Assembly: GCA_051657225.1 (NCBI GenBank)
Contig: JBOFKH010000134.1
Location: 1 to 33,813, forward strand
Reading direction: 5' to 3'
Source: Alphaproteobacteria bacterium
Lineage (GTDB): Bacteria; Pseudomonadota; Alphaproteobacteria; Holosporales; JBOFFI01
DNA: 33,813 bases
Every line of letters begins with the position of its first letter. The stretch's first letter is position 1. Under the pieces are notes generated by a model. The model saw nothing but the letters and a program-made list of their open reading frames with translations. It ran no database searches and was not told the DNA's origin. Positions 8,623 through 16,600 of the stretch are shown here, one piece after another. The translations under genes were made by a program, and so were the position numbers.

Positions 8623-8853
8623 TTATCCGGTTGTCTTCCGATCGCCTCCTCTCCCAAGAACAGGCGTCCCTTTTAACCCCTGACTGGCATCTGTATAAAG
8701 GCTGTAAAGCCAGAACAGATTGTCCATTGGGTAATCAAGTGCTCTCGCCAGATTCAATAAAGCCTCAGACTGCATTGCAATATTCGGTAATTCACGAATC
8801 GCCCGAAAATGCTGAAGAATGGCATCAATAACAGCATTGCGATCGCTATTCAT
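8623..8853 (-). CDS. Hypothetical helical protein (76 aa)
   Basis: The ORF start overlaps the end of the upstream RHH-like ORF by 8 nt, and a terminator follows it. Confidence 0.55.
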   Translation of the reverse strand: MNSDRNAVIDAILQHFRAIRELPNIAMQSEALLNLARALDYPMDNLFWLYSLYTDASQGLKGTPVLGRGGDRKTTG

Positions 8854-9022
8854 AGACGTTTCCCAGATCTACCTGCATATCAAGCTGCATAAGCTGCTGA
8901 AGGCGTGTTGAGAATTTCATTCCATTGGCCTGAAGCCATTTATCATAAGACTGGCTCAGGTCTGGCGGAACCGTAATAGTACGGCGATCGCAATGCTGTG
9001 ACCTATCTTTCTTTGCACCCAT
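8846..9022 (-). CDS. Ribbon-helix-helix-like small DNA-binding protein (58 aa; below ORF-track cutoff)
   Basis: Hand translation: MGAKKDRSQHCDRRTITVPPDLSQSYDKWLQANGMKFSTRLQQLMQLDMQVDLGNVYE. 'RRTITVPPDL' followed by helices is an RHH-like layout. Confidence 0.5.
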   Translation of the reverse strand: MGAKKDRSQHCDRRTITVPPDLSQSYDKWLQANGMKFSTRLQQLMQLDMQVDLGNVYE

Positions 9023-9097
9023 CTGTTTGCCCTAAAACTGCTAAATCAAGTATGTATTCAATTATTGATTTTGGCAACCGTGTTTTATGACTTTCTT

Positions 9098-9136
9098 GGG
9101 AGAAAAATGGCGTACTGAAGCAAGATCGCACTTCAG
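9098..9136 (-). terminator. Putative terminator after 9166..9471
   Basis: Hairpin ctgaag/cttcag (9115-9136). On the minus strand it is followed by 'tacgccattttt'. Confidence 0.4.
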
Positions 9137-9165
9137 CAGAAGAAGCCGAGAATTGCGAAAAAATA

Positions 9166-9471
9166 TTACTGGGTGATTGCACCAACGATCATCCCGGCGA
9201 AGCCCTGGAGAAACGATCGCACCTCTGATAAAGCTTGTGTGGCAGTTGTTCTAGGGCGTTTACTGCTCAGAAACAATTCAATGCCATCAATGCTGACCAA
9301 AGCATCGTGGGCAAGTCTTTGGGGATTATAGGAAACCACAATTTCAAGAGGAATGTCACCACCTCGTATTGTGGGGATGGTGGCGGTGCAGGTATTCCCA
9401 TCGCATTTCCAGTTTAGATTTGGGAACTGCGATCGCGCCTCGTGAAGCAATGGATCATCTTTTGGAACCAT
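9166..9471 (-). CDS. Hypothetical protein; distant paralog of 3839..4165
   Basis: 101 aa. See the shared motifs listed for 3839..4165. Confidence 0.6.
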   Translation of the reverse strand: MVPKDDPLLHEARSQFPNLNWKCDGNTCTATIPTIRGGDIPLEIVVSYNPQRLAHDALVSIDGIELFLSSKRPRTTATQALSEVRSFLQGFAGMIVGAITQ

Positions 9472-9474
9472 GAT

Positions 9475-9879
9475 CTACCTACTTATCAATATCCAGATGC
9501 ATCCAAAAGTGATCGCTAGGAGAAGATTTGCGATCGCAATCAATCTTGCAATTTCTTCTTTCACGAATAACCCTGTAATCCAATGCGACAGAGCCATTGA
9601 AAGATAGGTGAGGCTTGTTGAACTTAAAAAACTAGCAAAGGTCAATAATTCCATTTTTTGCAGCAGGACAAAGCAGAAAAATGCGGGAGTGTATAGCGTC
9701 AGAATGACGTATGTCCAGTCTTTTGGGCTCAGAGTCTTTAGCGATTTTTCGATGCGCTTAATCCAAGGTTGTTTCTTCCAGTCGGGGCAGATGCGATCGG
9801 GTCTACCATAGGGGTGAATGCCGCAGTGGACGTTCTGTTGCCCGTGATAGTAGGTGCAGTTACTGCATTTTTGTTTCAT
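9475..9879 (-). CDS. Cys-rich N-terminal knuckle plus multi-TM membrane protein
   Basis: 134 aa. 'CSNCTYYHGQQNVHCGIHPYGRPDRICPDW' is followed by about three hydrophobic helices. Confidence 0.55.
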   Translation of the reverse strand: MKQKCSNCTYYHGQQNVHCGIHPYGRPDRICPDWKKQPWIKRIEKSLKTLSPKDWTYVILTLYTPAFFCFVLLQKMELLTFASFLSSTSLTYLSMALSHWITGLFVKEEIARLIAIANLLLAITFGCIWILISR

Positions 9880-10087
9880 GTTCTTCTTCTATTCCCTGCA
9901 ATTCTTCCCATAGAACCTGAAAGGTTGCCCCTGGTTTTATATTTGGAACATCCTCTAAGATTTGAATAATTGGTTCCCCGGTTTTTCTGACATCCAAGAT
10001 CTTGGCGATCGCGCTAATTGTTGGGTTTTGTCCAAACCCTCCAGAAAATAATACTTTATCCCCTACCTTAAAGTTTGTTTGAAACAC
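9860..10087 (-). CDS. Hypothetical protein (75 aa, GTG start)
   Basis: The ORF has no internal Met. A GTG at 10087 overlaps the ASCH gene end. Confidence 0.4.
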   Translation of the reverse strand: MFQTNFKVGDKVLFSGGFGQNPTISAIAKILDVRKTGEPIIQILEDVPNIKPGATFQVLWEELQGIEEEHETKMQ

Positions 10088-10508
10088 GATCGCACCATCT
10101 CTTCCTCACCATAATCAGCAATTCATCGGATAAACTCCAAAGCCCCTGCTGCCCTTTTATCCCCCGGATGGGCGATATCGCTACAACATTTTTCAGCTTC
10201 CAACCCACTGGACCACAGAACCATGGGGAATCATCTTCAGTTGTATTGCCATCGAATTGGGCAATAGCAACGATCGCACCTGCTTCGCAATTGTCTTCGC
10301 CGGGATGGTCGAACAACTCACTGGCGTTCTGGTGCCGGATGAAAAGCTCCCCTTCCTTATCCCACTTCTGCCCATTGTGGATAGCAATGAAAGTCCCTAT
10401 TTGAAGAGGACAGTTCCAGGAGCGATTTTCGATGCGCTTATCCAAAATGGCAACAGCATATCCCCAAGGGCGATGCAAGGTTAGTCCTTTAATCTGCATT
10501 TTTGGCAT
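10068..10508 (-). CDS. ASCH-domain protein
   Basis: 'LTLHRPWGYAVAILDKRIENRSW....GTFIAIHNG' fits the phage ASCH pattern. The ATG at 10508 has a GGGGAGG RBS 5 nt upstream. Confidence 0.6.
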   Translation of the reverse strand: MPKMQIKGLTLHRPWGYAVAILDKRIENRSWNCPLQIGTFIAIHNGQKWDKEGELFIRHQNASELFDHPGEDNCEAGAIVAIAQFDGNTTEDDSPWFCGPVGWKLKNVVAISPIRGIKGQQGLWSLSDELLIMVRKRWCDRVSNKL

Positions 10509-10917
10509 TTTTGCCTCCCCAGCAGAAATTAGGGACATAGTCCAGAACCCAGAGATGCCGCATATTTGCAATGTTTACAACCAAGTTGTCCGGCGGGAAA
10601 ACCTCAACGGCACATTTATCCCCATAGCCTATATCCCGCTTGATTTGTTGCAGCTCATCCCAGGTTATGGAGCCTCCAAATTTCGGGGAATTATTGCTGA
10701 ACGACTTTAATGTTCGACTGTCTACCACACTGATGCGGATATATCCAGATTCTTCGTATTCCTGGACAAGGAAATAGCGCGATCGCCACACTCTAAGAGG
10801 CTCTCTTCCCCGTTCTAACTGAAGAGGCCACTCATCTTTGGGAACCAATTCCAGATGTCTTGTAGCTTCTGAATTTTTGGCTTTTAATTCGCGGCGTAGT
10901 TCGCTAATTTTTGACAT
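10489..10917 (-). CDS. Conserved phage protein of unknown function
   Basis: 142 aa from 'MSKISELRR'. 'VWRSRYFLVQEY...ITWDELQQIKRDIGYGDKCAVEVFPPDNLVVNIANMRHLW' matches a motif set I recognise from prophage hypothetical proteins. Confidence 0.55.
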   Translation of the reverse strand: MSKISELRRELKAKNSEATRHLELVPKDEWPLQLERGREPLRVWRSRYFLVQEYEESGYIRISVVDSRTLKSFSNNSPKFGGSITWDELQQIKRDIGYGDKCAVEVFPPDNLVVNIANMRHLWVLDYVPNFCWGGKNAKNAD

Positions 10918-10921
10918 CGAT

Positions 10922-11986
10922 CTACTCCAATCCTGGCGGCATTGTTGGCTCCGGCGCAAAATCCTGTTTCAGGCGATCGCACGCTTCCTCAACATTTTCA
11001 ACCGTCACGCCACCTGGATAATGCTTTGTAACCCATGCCGACACATCCGCAGGCTTGAGCTTCAATTGCTTAACCACCTCCCGCATAAACTCTTTCGGGT
11101 CAACCGCTCCCCCCTCATCAACCACTTCAACCTCAACGGCTTCTTCCGATTCCGATGCTGGCAGCGCCGGGGCAGAATGATGGGGCAGTTGCTTCATCTC
11201 TGGCGCGGGCAGAAGTTCCATATCCTTTCGGGTGAGAAAGAACTGTGCGCCGGATGAGAGGGTGCGATCGCTTGAATAAATACTGCGCATCAACTCAGCG
11301 TGATACTCAGGGGCAAAATCTAGTCCAACCATCCACTTGGTTTCCATTTTTCGCTTCCCAGGAAGCCGCTCAAATTTTCCATTTTGTTTAGCAAATGCCG
11401 GAACGGATATTTCGTCCTTGACGCGCCTGAGCACCAGCTGCACCCCGCGCATCGAATTGAGCCCTGCCGCCCGCACCAACGCCTCTATATTGTCGAGTGC
11501 GCCGCGCACTGCATTGAGGTCATTAGGGCTTTTGATCTCCAGGGTGACAGTCGATGTGTACCCTGCCAGGAAAAATTCTTTGATCGCAAAACTCAGTCGT
11601 CCCACCGCTTTGCATTCACAGGGGCTCTCTGCATTCCGGCGACAGGGCATCCGATTGAAGTTATAGGCCAGATCTTCCTCCCCATAGCTCTGGACAATCT
11701 CCTGCCCATTGCAGCGATAAACCAACCGCTGCCCGTCAGCCCATTGTTCATACCAATCATCAAAATTATCTTCGATCGTGTGCCCCAGGAGCCAGATGTT
11801 GACCTCCCGTGGCTCCTCACCGTAAAACTCTTTGAATATCCTGTCCAAGAATGGGTAGCGATCGTCTGGGGCAAATCGCCAGTGGTCAAGATCTTTCAAT
11901 TGTCCCTTCGGCGCACCCTTCTTTAGCTTCCCGAGGGAAGGCGGGCGACGAGTTAATGCCCCTGTTGTTTTATCTTGAATGATCAT
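10922..11986 (-). CDS. phiC31 gp3-like (recombination-directionality-factor-like) protein
   Basis: 354 aa. 'GKLKKGAPKG..LDHWRF', 'WYEQWADGQRLVYRCNG', 'CECKAVGRLSF' and 'TLEIKSPND' follow the gp3-like RDF family pattern as I recall it. The C-terminal third is acidic and low-complexity. Confidence 0.5.
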   Translation of the reverse strand: MIIQDKTTGALTRRPPSLGKLKKGAPKGQLKDLDHWRFAPDDRYPFLDRIFKEFYGEEPREVNIWLLGHTIEDNFDDWYEQWADGQRLVYRCNGQEIVQSYGEEDLAYNFNRMPCRRNAESPCECKAVGRLSFAIKEFFLAGYTSTVTLEIKSPNDLNAVRGALDNIEALVRAAGLNSMRGVQLVLRRVKDEISVPAFAKQNGKFERLPGKRKMETKWMVGLDFAPEYHAELMRSIYSSDRTLSSGAQFFLTRKDMELLPAPEMKQLPHHSAPALPASESEEAVEVEVVDEGGAVDPKEFMREVVKQLKLKPADVSAWVTKHYPGGVTVENVEEACDRLKQDFAPEPTMPPGLE

Positions 11987-12039
11987 GCTAATCTCCTATT
12001 AGAACTTGACTTTGGATACTCTAACCGGACTTCCAATGC

Positions 12040-12085
12040 AAAGCGATCGCCAATGGAAATCAACTCCCCGCATGGCGATCGCTTT
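12040..12085. terminator. HIP1-based hairpin, terminator-like
   Basis: 13-bp stem aaagcgatcgcca / tggcgatcgcttt directly after the stop of 12086..12388. The T-run is good only on the plus strand. Confidence 0.35.
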
Positions 12086-12388
12086 TTATTGCCCAGGCAA
12101 TAATTGATTAAACCTAATGCCAAAAAACATTCCGATGTGCCATTTAACCATAGACACATGGGTTTTGTATCTCACCGCAACACCTTGGAGTGCTTCTTCT
12201 CTTGAAGCTAACGTTTCAAGATGATAAGCATTAAAACAGTCAATTAGATACTCGACATCTGTTGGATCAACGTTGTATCGAAAGGCGATCGCACCGATCG
12301 CCTTTCTTTTAAACGCAGAACCAGGTGAGAGTCTTTTTTCAATACTGTGACAAATTTCGATTTCTGTTGCCAGTTGAGATGACAGCAT
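12086..12388 (-). CDS. Hypothetical protein (100 aa)
   Basis: ORF within the co-directional gene string. No motifs recognised. Confidence 0.5.
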   Translation of the reverse strand: MLSSQLATEIEICHSIEKRLSPGSAFKRKAIGAIAFRYNVDPTDVEYLIDCFNAYHLETLASREEALQGVAVRYKTHVSMVKWHIGMFFGIRFNQLLPGQ

Positions 12389-12389
12389 C

Positions 12390-12548
12390 TTAATCTCCTT
12401 TCCTACTCACGGAAACACAATCTGACTCAGGAATGAGCCTTGGTTTATCAAAAATCATGCATTTAAGATAAATTCCTTCGCGTCCTACTACTCTCCAGAC
12501 GCGATCGCCTTCCCCTTTTACCTGCACATATCTTGAAGATACTGCCAT
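12390..12548 (-). CDS. Hypothetical small protein (52 aa; longer 79-aa form possible)
   Basis: The ATG at 12548 has GGAG 11 nt upstream and avoids a 74-nt overlap with the upstream gene. Confidence 0.4.
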   Translation of the reverse strand: MAVSSRYVQVKGEGDRVWRVVGREGIYLKCMIFDKPRLIPESDCVSVSRKGD

Positions 12549-12555
12549 CGTTGTG

Positions 12556-12807
12556 TTACTCCAGGTTCCCGTTTCTTTTGGCATAATATTTTTTGAGTGA
12601 ATAGCATTGTGAACAAAGTCCTTTCGCATAATGAGTGCGATCGGGATGACATGTGGCGTACACCCACGGTCTACTCACAAAAGGAATACTCGTAACTTCT
12701 TTAACCCCGCAATTCTTGCACCTAACTCGGTGAAAACCTTTAACGCAACCCGCCCTGACGCGATCGCACCCCCCGCACTTTGGACACCGACCAAAATCTT
12801 CAGCCAT
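12556..12807 (-). CDS. Zinc-ribbon protein
   Basis: 83 aa. 'CPKCGGC...CKNCG' and 'CHPDRTHYAKGLCSQCY'. Confidence 0.55.
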   Translation of the reverse strand: MAEDFGRCPKCGGCDRVRAGCVKGFHRVRCKNCGVKEVTSIPFVSRPWVYATCHPDRTHYAKGLCSQCYSLKKYYAKRNGNLE

Positions 12808-13294
12808 TTTTTTGATTGCGCAATTCTATAATCGCATCAATGTTGTACTCATACGTGACCCGCAGAGCATCCTTAGAGCAAGAATCAGCGATCCGGTAGT
12901 GGATGCCTTCTTTGTACTCCCCAGACTCTCTGCGTCTCTTAATGGAGACTGTACTGAGCTTGAGATGGTATGCAGCCTCTGGCGATCGCACCCATCCTAT
13001 TCTTTTTTTGGTTTTCATCGATTTTGTTTGTGAACATTCCTGATTGTTCCTAATGATAACCTCAGGAGATGACGATTGACAAGCTCTTCCTTCTCCTTCT
13101 TTATTCTTTTTTCGGGAAATAATCCATTTTTGGATGGTATGCTGCGGAACGCCAAGCGTTTCTGCGGCTTTTTCTAAGGTTTTACCGCTCGGGCGACTGG
13201 ATCCTGTGAAATATTCACTCCAGCGGTTCTTGTTTATTCCCGTCTTTTTTTCAAGGCGATCGAGGGACGCCTGAAGAAACGCTTGGCGCTGCAT
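12800..13294 (-). CDS. Two-HTH regulator (Cro/antirepressor-like N-terminus, excisionase/AlpA-like C-terminus)
   Basis: 164 aa. The 'SGKTLEKAAETLGVPQHTIQKWI' HTH and the 'SPEAAYHLKLSTVSIKRRRESGEYKEGIHY' excisionase-type HTH are both present. It is divergent from the repressor-like gene. Confidence 0.6.
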   Translation of the reverse strand: MQRQAFLQASLDRLEKKTGINKNRWSEYFTGSSRPSGKTLEKAAETLGVPQHTIQKWIISRKKNKEGEGRACQSSSPEVIIRNNQECSQTKSMKTKKRIGWVRSPEAAYHLKLSTVSIKRRRESGEYKEGIHYRIADSCSKDALRVTYEYNIDAIIELRNQKNG

Positions 13295-13377
13295 TTGGGA
13301 GGTACTGTGTAATGTTTGATACTTCTAATTATCTAAAATTTCCCCGAAAAAGTAAATTTATTTGTATCGACAGGAAA

Positions 13378-13403
13378 TTATTTCCCGTAATTGCGGGAAA
13401 TAA
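13378..13403. promoter_or_regulatory. Operator-like inverted repeat in the divergent switch region
   Basis: ttatttcccg-taattg-cgggaaataa has 10-bp perfect arms. A related half-site 'atttccccg' lies near 13339-13347. Confidence 0.55.
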
Positions 13404-13461
13404 TAAATGGATGTATTCTTTATCTATAAGCAGTTTCAAGGCGGATGGCCTGTACAAAAGT

Positions 13462-13842
13462 ATGGCTAATAATAGAGAGAGTTCAGAGCACAGGTTTGGA
13501 GCCGCACTGGCCAAAGTCATTCATCAATATCGGATGCGGCAAGATCATCTGGCTCAGAAAGCAGGGATGACTAAATCTCGGTTGTCCAACATAAAAAATC
13601 AGCGGGGGGGGATGCGCATTGAGAATGCCCTAAAGCTGATAGATTGCTTGCCAGACAAGGCAAAAATGAAGCTTTACTCAGAGTTATTTGGGATGCCCGA
13701 AATAGAAATCTTGGGGACAAAATGCCGTGAGCGCGGTCACAATACCGAAATGAGCCTCAAGGATTTTGTTGAAACAATCCCTGACGGTGAATGTTTCATA
13801 ATCCGTAAGGTGCCTCGAAAAACCCCGAAACGATCGCGCTAA
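13462..13842 (+). CDS. XRE-family HTH repressor (cI-like)
   Basis: 126 aa from 'MANNRESSEH'. 'YRMRQDHLAQKAGMTKSRLSNIKNQ' is a classic XRE HTH. It is followed by an 8-bp hairpin at 13845-13865. Confidence 0.7.
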   Translation: MANNRESSEHRFGAALAKVIHQYRMRQDHLAQKAGMTKSRLSNIKNQRGGMRIENALKLIDCLPDKAKMKLYSELFGMPEIEILGTKCRERGHNTEMSLKDFVETIPDGECFIIRKVPRKTPKRSR

Positions 13843-13964
13843 TCCTTCGGATGCTATATCCGAAGACCCAAGTATGGGAATTTATTTCCCCAGAGGATAG
13901 TCAAACACAGGGCGATCGCCTAGAATATTCAGAAACATTCGCAAACGTTCCAGAATAATCACAA

Positions 13965-14819
13965 ATGGAAAGCGTTAAATTGTTGCAGAATATAAACGAT
14001 CGCCCCGTTGAGGTGGGGTACTGGTTGGATCGTCTGGGGGAGAAAGTGCGATCGCGGGCATCAGAGATCACCTGGAAAAAGGATTATTACTATGCCCTGT
14101 ATCACTTGCCGCAGAAAGCCCCATTGACGATTGACTTGTTATATGGGGCGATCATGGCTACTGCCCCTCACAGCAAGCCCCGGCGACGGCTGGTAAATGC
14201 ATCCAAGGCGATCGCCAAGTTAGCTGGCCTGGACATTACTGCCTTGGAGGGGTTGGGGGGCAGCTATGGAATTAACCATGTGACTCCTCGGGACTTGCCT
14301 GGGGAAGGGAAAATTTTGGAATGCTGGGGTGCGATCGCCAATCAAAAGGGGCGCTGGGCGTATGGGATGATGGCGACCTTTGGGGTGCGCCCGCATGAAG
14401 TTTTCCAGTGCGATCGGGATGAATTCTTGAGGAATCCTGAGTATCTCTATATTTACAAAGACACCAAAACTGGACGAAAAACGGGCGGCAGAACAACCCG
14501 CGCAATTCATCCAGAATGGGTGAAGGAATTTAGTCTAATGGATATTCCTGATGGGTTTGGGTCTAGGGCGTCGGACAATAGCGGGAAAGGCCATAATGTT
14601 AGCCGATGGTTTCGGCTTTCAAGCGTGCCGTTTGAGCCTTATAATCTGCGGCACGCTTGGGCGGTGCGGTGTTTGTTGCTGGGTATTCCTGATGTGGTGG
14701 CTGCACAAATGATGGGACACTCGATCGCCCATCACCAGCAGATTTACTTGCACTGGATCCGGCAGCGGGATATTAATCGGGTTGTGGATGAGGCTTTGGC
14801 TCGGCGGGTGGAGTGTTGA
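13965..14819 (+). CDS. int: Tyrosine site-specific recombinase (phage integrase)
   Basis: 284 aa. 'LRHAWAVR' (HxxR) and 'GHSIAHHQQIYLHW' (catalytic Tyr region). Confidence 0.85.
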   Translation: MESVKLLQNINDRPVEVGYWLDRLGEKVRSRASEITWKKDYYYALYHLPQKAPLTIDLLYGAIMATAPHSKPRRRLVNASKAIAKLAGLDITALEGLGGSYGINHVTPRDLPGEGKILECWGAIANQKGRWAYGMMATFGVRPHEVFQCDRDEFLRNPEYLYIYKDTKTGRKTGGRTTRAIHPEWVKEFSLMDIPDGFGSRASDNSGKGHNVSRWFRLSSVPFEPYNLRHAWAVRCLLLGIPDVVAAQMMGHSIAHHQQIYLHWIRQRDINRVVDEALARRVEC

Positions 14820-14829
14820 GTTCGACACG

Positions 14830-15000
14830 AGCTTGCTCATATGAACTACCCCCTGTCACCTTGAGGCGACAGGGGGTTTCTGACGTTTCACTTGGGACAG
14901 TTGCTTGAATCCTCCAGTATTGACTGGGGAAGAAAGTAGAGCTGACCCATCGACGCCTGTAGAGGACAGTTCCTGCCCCCTTGCCCAAATCAAATTGACT
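14830..15000 (-). ncRNA. Predicted omega RNA of tnpB copy 3; extent approximate
   Basis: Inferred from family biology, supported by the hairpin at 14849-14876. Confidence 0.3.
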
Positions 15001-16121
15001 TGAGCAGCATTTACATCCCTGTCTTCATTGTGTCCACAAGCGGTATTGCTGCATTGATGGATACGGTCAGATAGAGTTTTCGGAGTCAATTCCCAACACA
15101 CCGCACACCGCTGGGTGGGCTTGAGTGTTCGAGTCGGTGATTCCACATAAAAACCACCAGCTTCAGCAGCTTTATAGGCAAACATTTTAGAGAGACTGGA
15201 CATTCCCACTTCCAGGATGGAGCGGTTCAGTCCAGTCTTTTGACGTTTGCGTTTAGAGCCTTTTTTGGCTTTACGTGTCATGTTTTTGACTGATAGTTTC
15301 TCGCCAGAGATCAGGCTATTACGGCTCACTGTATCACTGGCTAATTTGTGCATCCAATCTAGTCTCTGTCTGCCCACCTTCCGGCGAAGCTTAGAGATCT
15401 GACGCTGCACTTTTTTGAATCGCCTGGATGCCTTGATTTTATTGTTCCGGTTCGGTGCCCGTTTCCGGCGTAATTGCTTAGAAGCAAGTTTGACCGCACG
15501 TTCCCCTTCGGAGATAAAAACAGGTTTAGAAACCTGCAATCCATCCGAGAACGTCACCGCTTCCTTGCACCCAAGGTCTAGACCAATGGCTCCTTCACCA
15601 GTCGTCCGAGCGGGAATACATTGAACAGTAATAGAGGCATACCACTTACCATGACGATAAACAATCGTACAGGTTGTAGGCGTTCCCCAGGTTCGAGCTT
15701 CGCCGCGCATTTGAATGCGTCCCACATTGGACAATTGCAAAGACCCGTTCTTGCCTGCGGTTTCCACCTTCCAGCCTGATGAAGCAGGATAGGTCCATCC
15801 AGAATAATTCCGAATAGACTTGAAACGCGGATAACCCCGCAAGCCCTTGAAGAAGGACGAAAAAGCAAGGTCTACCCGTTTGAGAGTAGCTTGCAATGCC
15901 TGAGAACCCAGACCAACAAACTCAGGCCATACCTTCTTGAACTCAGGCAGCCTGTTTTGTTGGTCAAAGTACCCAATCGATTTACCCAACTTCTGATAAC
16001 TATCCTTGCGGTCTGCCACTGCACTGTTATAAAGCGTGCAATGTAACCGTCTCATCTCAAAAAGCTTGGCTGCTTGAGACTTATTAGGATAGAGCCGAAA
16101 GGTAATACGTCGTGTTAGCAT
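14856..16121 (-). CDS. tnpB: TnpB-like RNA-guided endonuclease
   Basis: 421 aa from 'MLTRRITFRLYPNKSQ'. 'GLDLGCKEAVT', 'GEKLSVKNM', 'CAVC...CSNTACGH' and 'EDRDVNAAQVN'. Confidence 0.9.
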   Translation of the reverse strand: MLTRRITFRLYPNKSQAAKLFEMRRLHCTLYNSAVADRKDSYQKLGKSIGYFDQQNRLPEFKKVWPEFVGLGSQALQATLKRVDLAFSSFFKGLRGYPRFKSIRNYSGWTYPASSGWKVETAGKNGSLQLSNVGRIQMRGEARTWGTPTTCTIVYRHGKWYASITVQCIPARTTGEGAIGLDLGCKEAVTFSDGLQVSKPVFISEGERAVKLASKQLRRKRAPNRNNKIKASRRFKKVQRQISKLRRKVGRQRLDWMHKLASDTVSRNSLISGEKLSVKNMTRKAKKGSKRKRQKTGLNRSILEVGMSSLSKMFAYKAAEAGGFYVESPTRTLKPTQRCAVCWELTPKTLSDRIHQCSNTACGHNEDRDVNAAQVNLIWARGQELSSTGVDGSALLSSPVNTGGFKQLSQVKRQKPPVASR

Positions 16122-16149
16122 GGTCTCATTATAGCTCACCTGCACAAAT

Positions 16150-16578
16150 ATGCAATACCCATTACATAAAGCCAATCATTCTGTATATGCTATCCACCTA
16201 CATGTCTACTTAGTGACTAAATATAGACGTAAGTTTTTGAGCGAACCGATTGCGAAGAGAGTCCATGAACTTTGCCAAGGAATCTGTCAAGGGAAAAAGT
16301 GTGAAATACTGGAGTCAGGATGCGAGTTAGACCACATTCACTTTTTGATAGATCTTCATCCAGACAATAATATTTCGATATTGATCAAGAGCATGAAGTC
16401 AGTTACAGCACAAATGATTCTGAAAGAGTTCCCAACTGAATTTAGAAAGACTTATAAAGGTGGTACTTCACTTTGGGGCAGACAAAAGGGCATTATTTCC
16501 TGTGGTGGTGCCCCGCTTGAAACTGTCAAAAAATATATTGCAGGACATTCGGATTCTCTTTCATCCCCCAGTGTCTAA
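16150..16578 (+). CDS. tnpA: IS200/IS605 Y1 (HUH) transposase TnpA
   Basis: 142 aa. 'LVTKYRRKFL', HUH 'DHIHFLI' and 'SCGGAPLETVKKYI'. The Tyr in the C-terminal helix is retained. Confidence 0.85.
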   Translation: MQYPLHKANHSVYAIHLHVYLVTKYRRKFLSEPIAKRVHELCQGICQGKKCEILESGCELDHIHFLIDLHPDNNISILIKSMKSVTAQMILKEFPTEFRKTYKGGTSLWGRQKGIISCGGAPLETVKKYIAGHSDSLSSPSV

Positions 16579-16600
16579 GGCCACATGGGGGATTTCCCGC

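Noticed and set aside
13845-13865. Hairpin cttcggat/atccgaag after the repressor gene, considered as a terminator or attP core.
   Set aside because: It has an 8-bp stem but no T-run, and I could not identify arm-type repeats convincingly. It is mentioned only as context for the integrase finding.
16470-16560. TnpA appeared to lack its catalytic tyrosine. 'LWGRQKGIISCGG' sits where many IS200 transposases have 'LWSPSYF..S.GG'.
   Set aside because: In the IS608-type TnpA, the nucleophilic Tyr lies in the C-terminal helix ('..KQYIE..'), not in the SYF segment. That Tyr is present here ('VKKYIAG'), and the HUH motif 'DHIHFLI' is intact. There are therefore no grounds to call it inactive.
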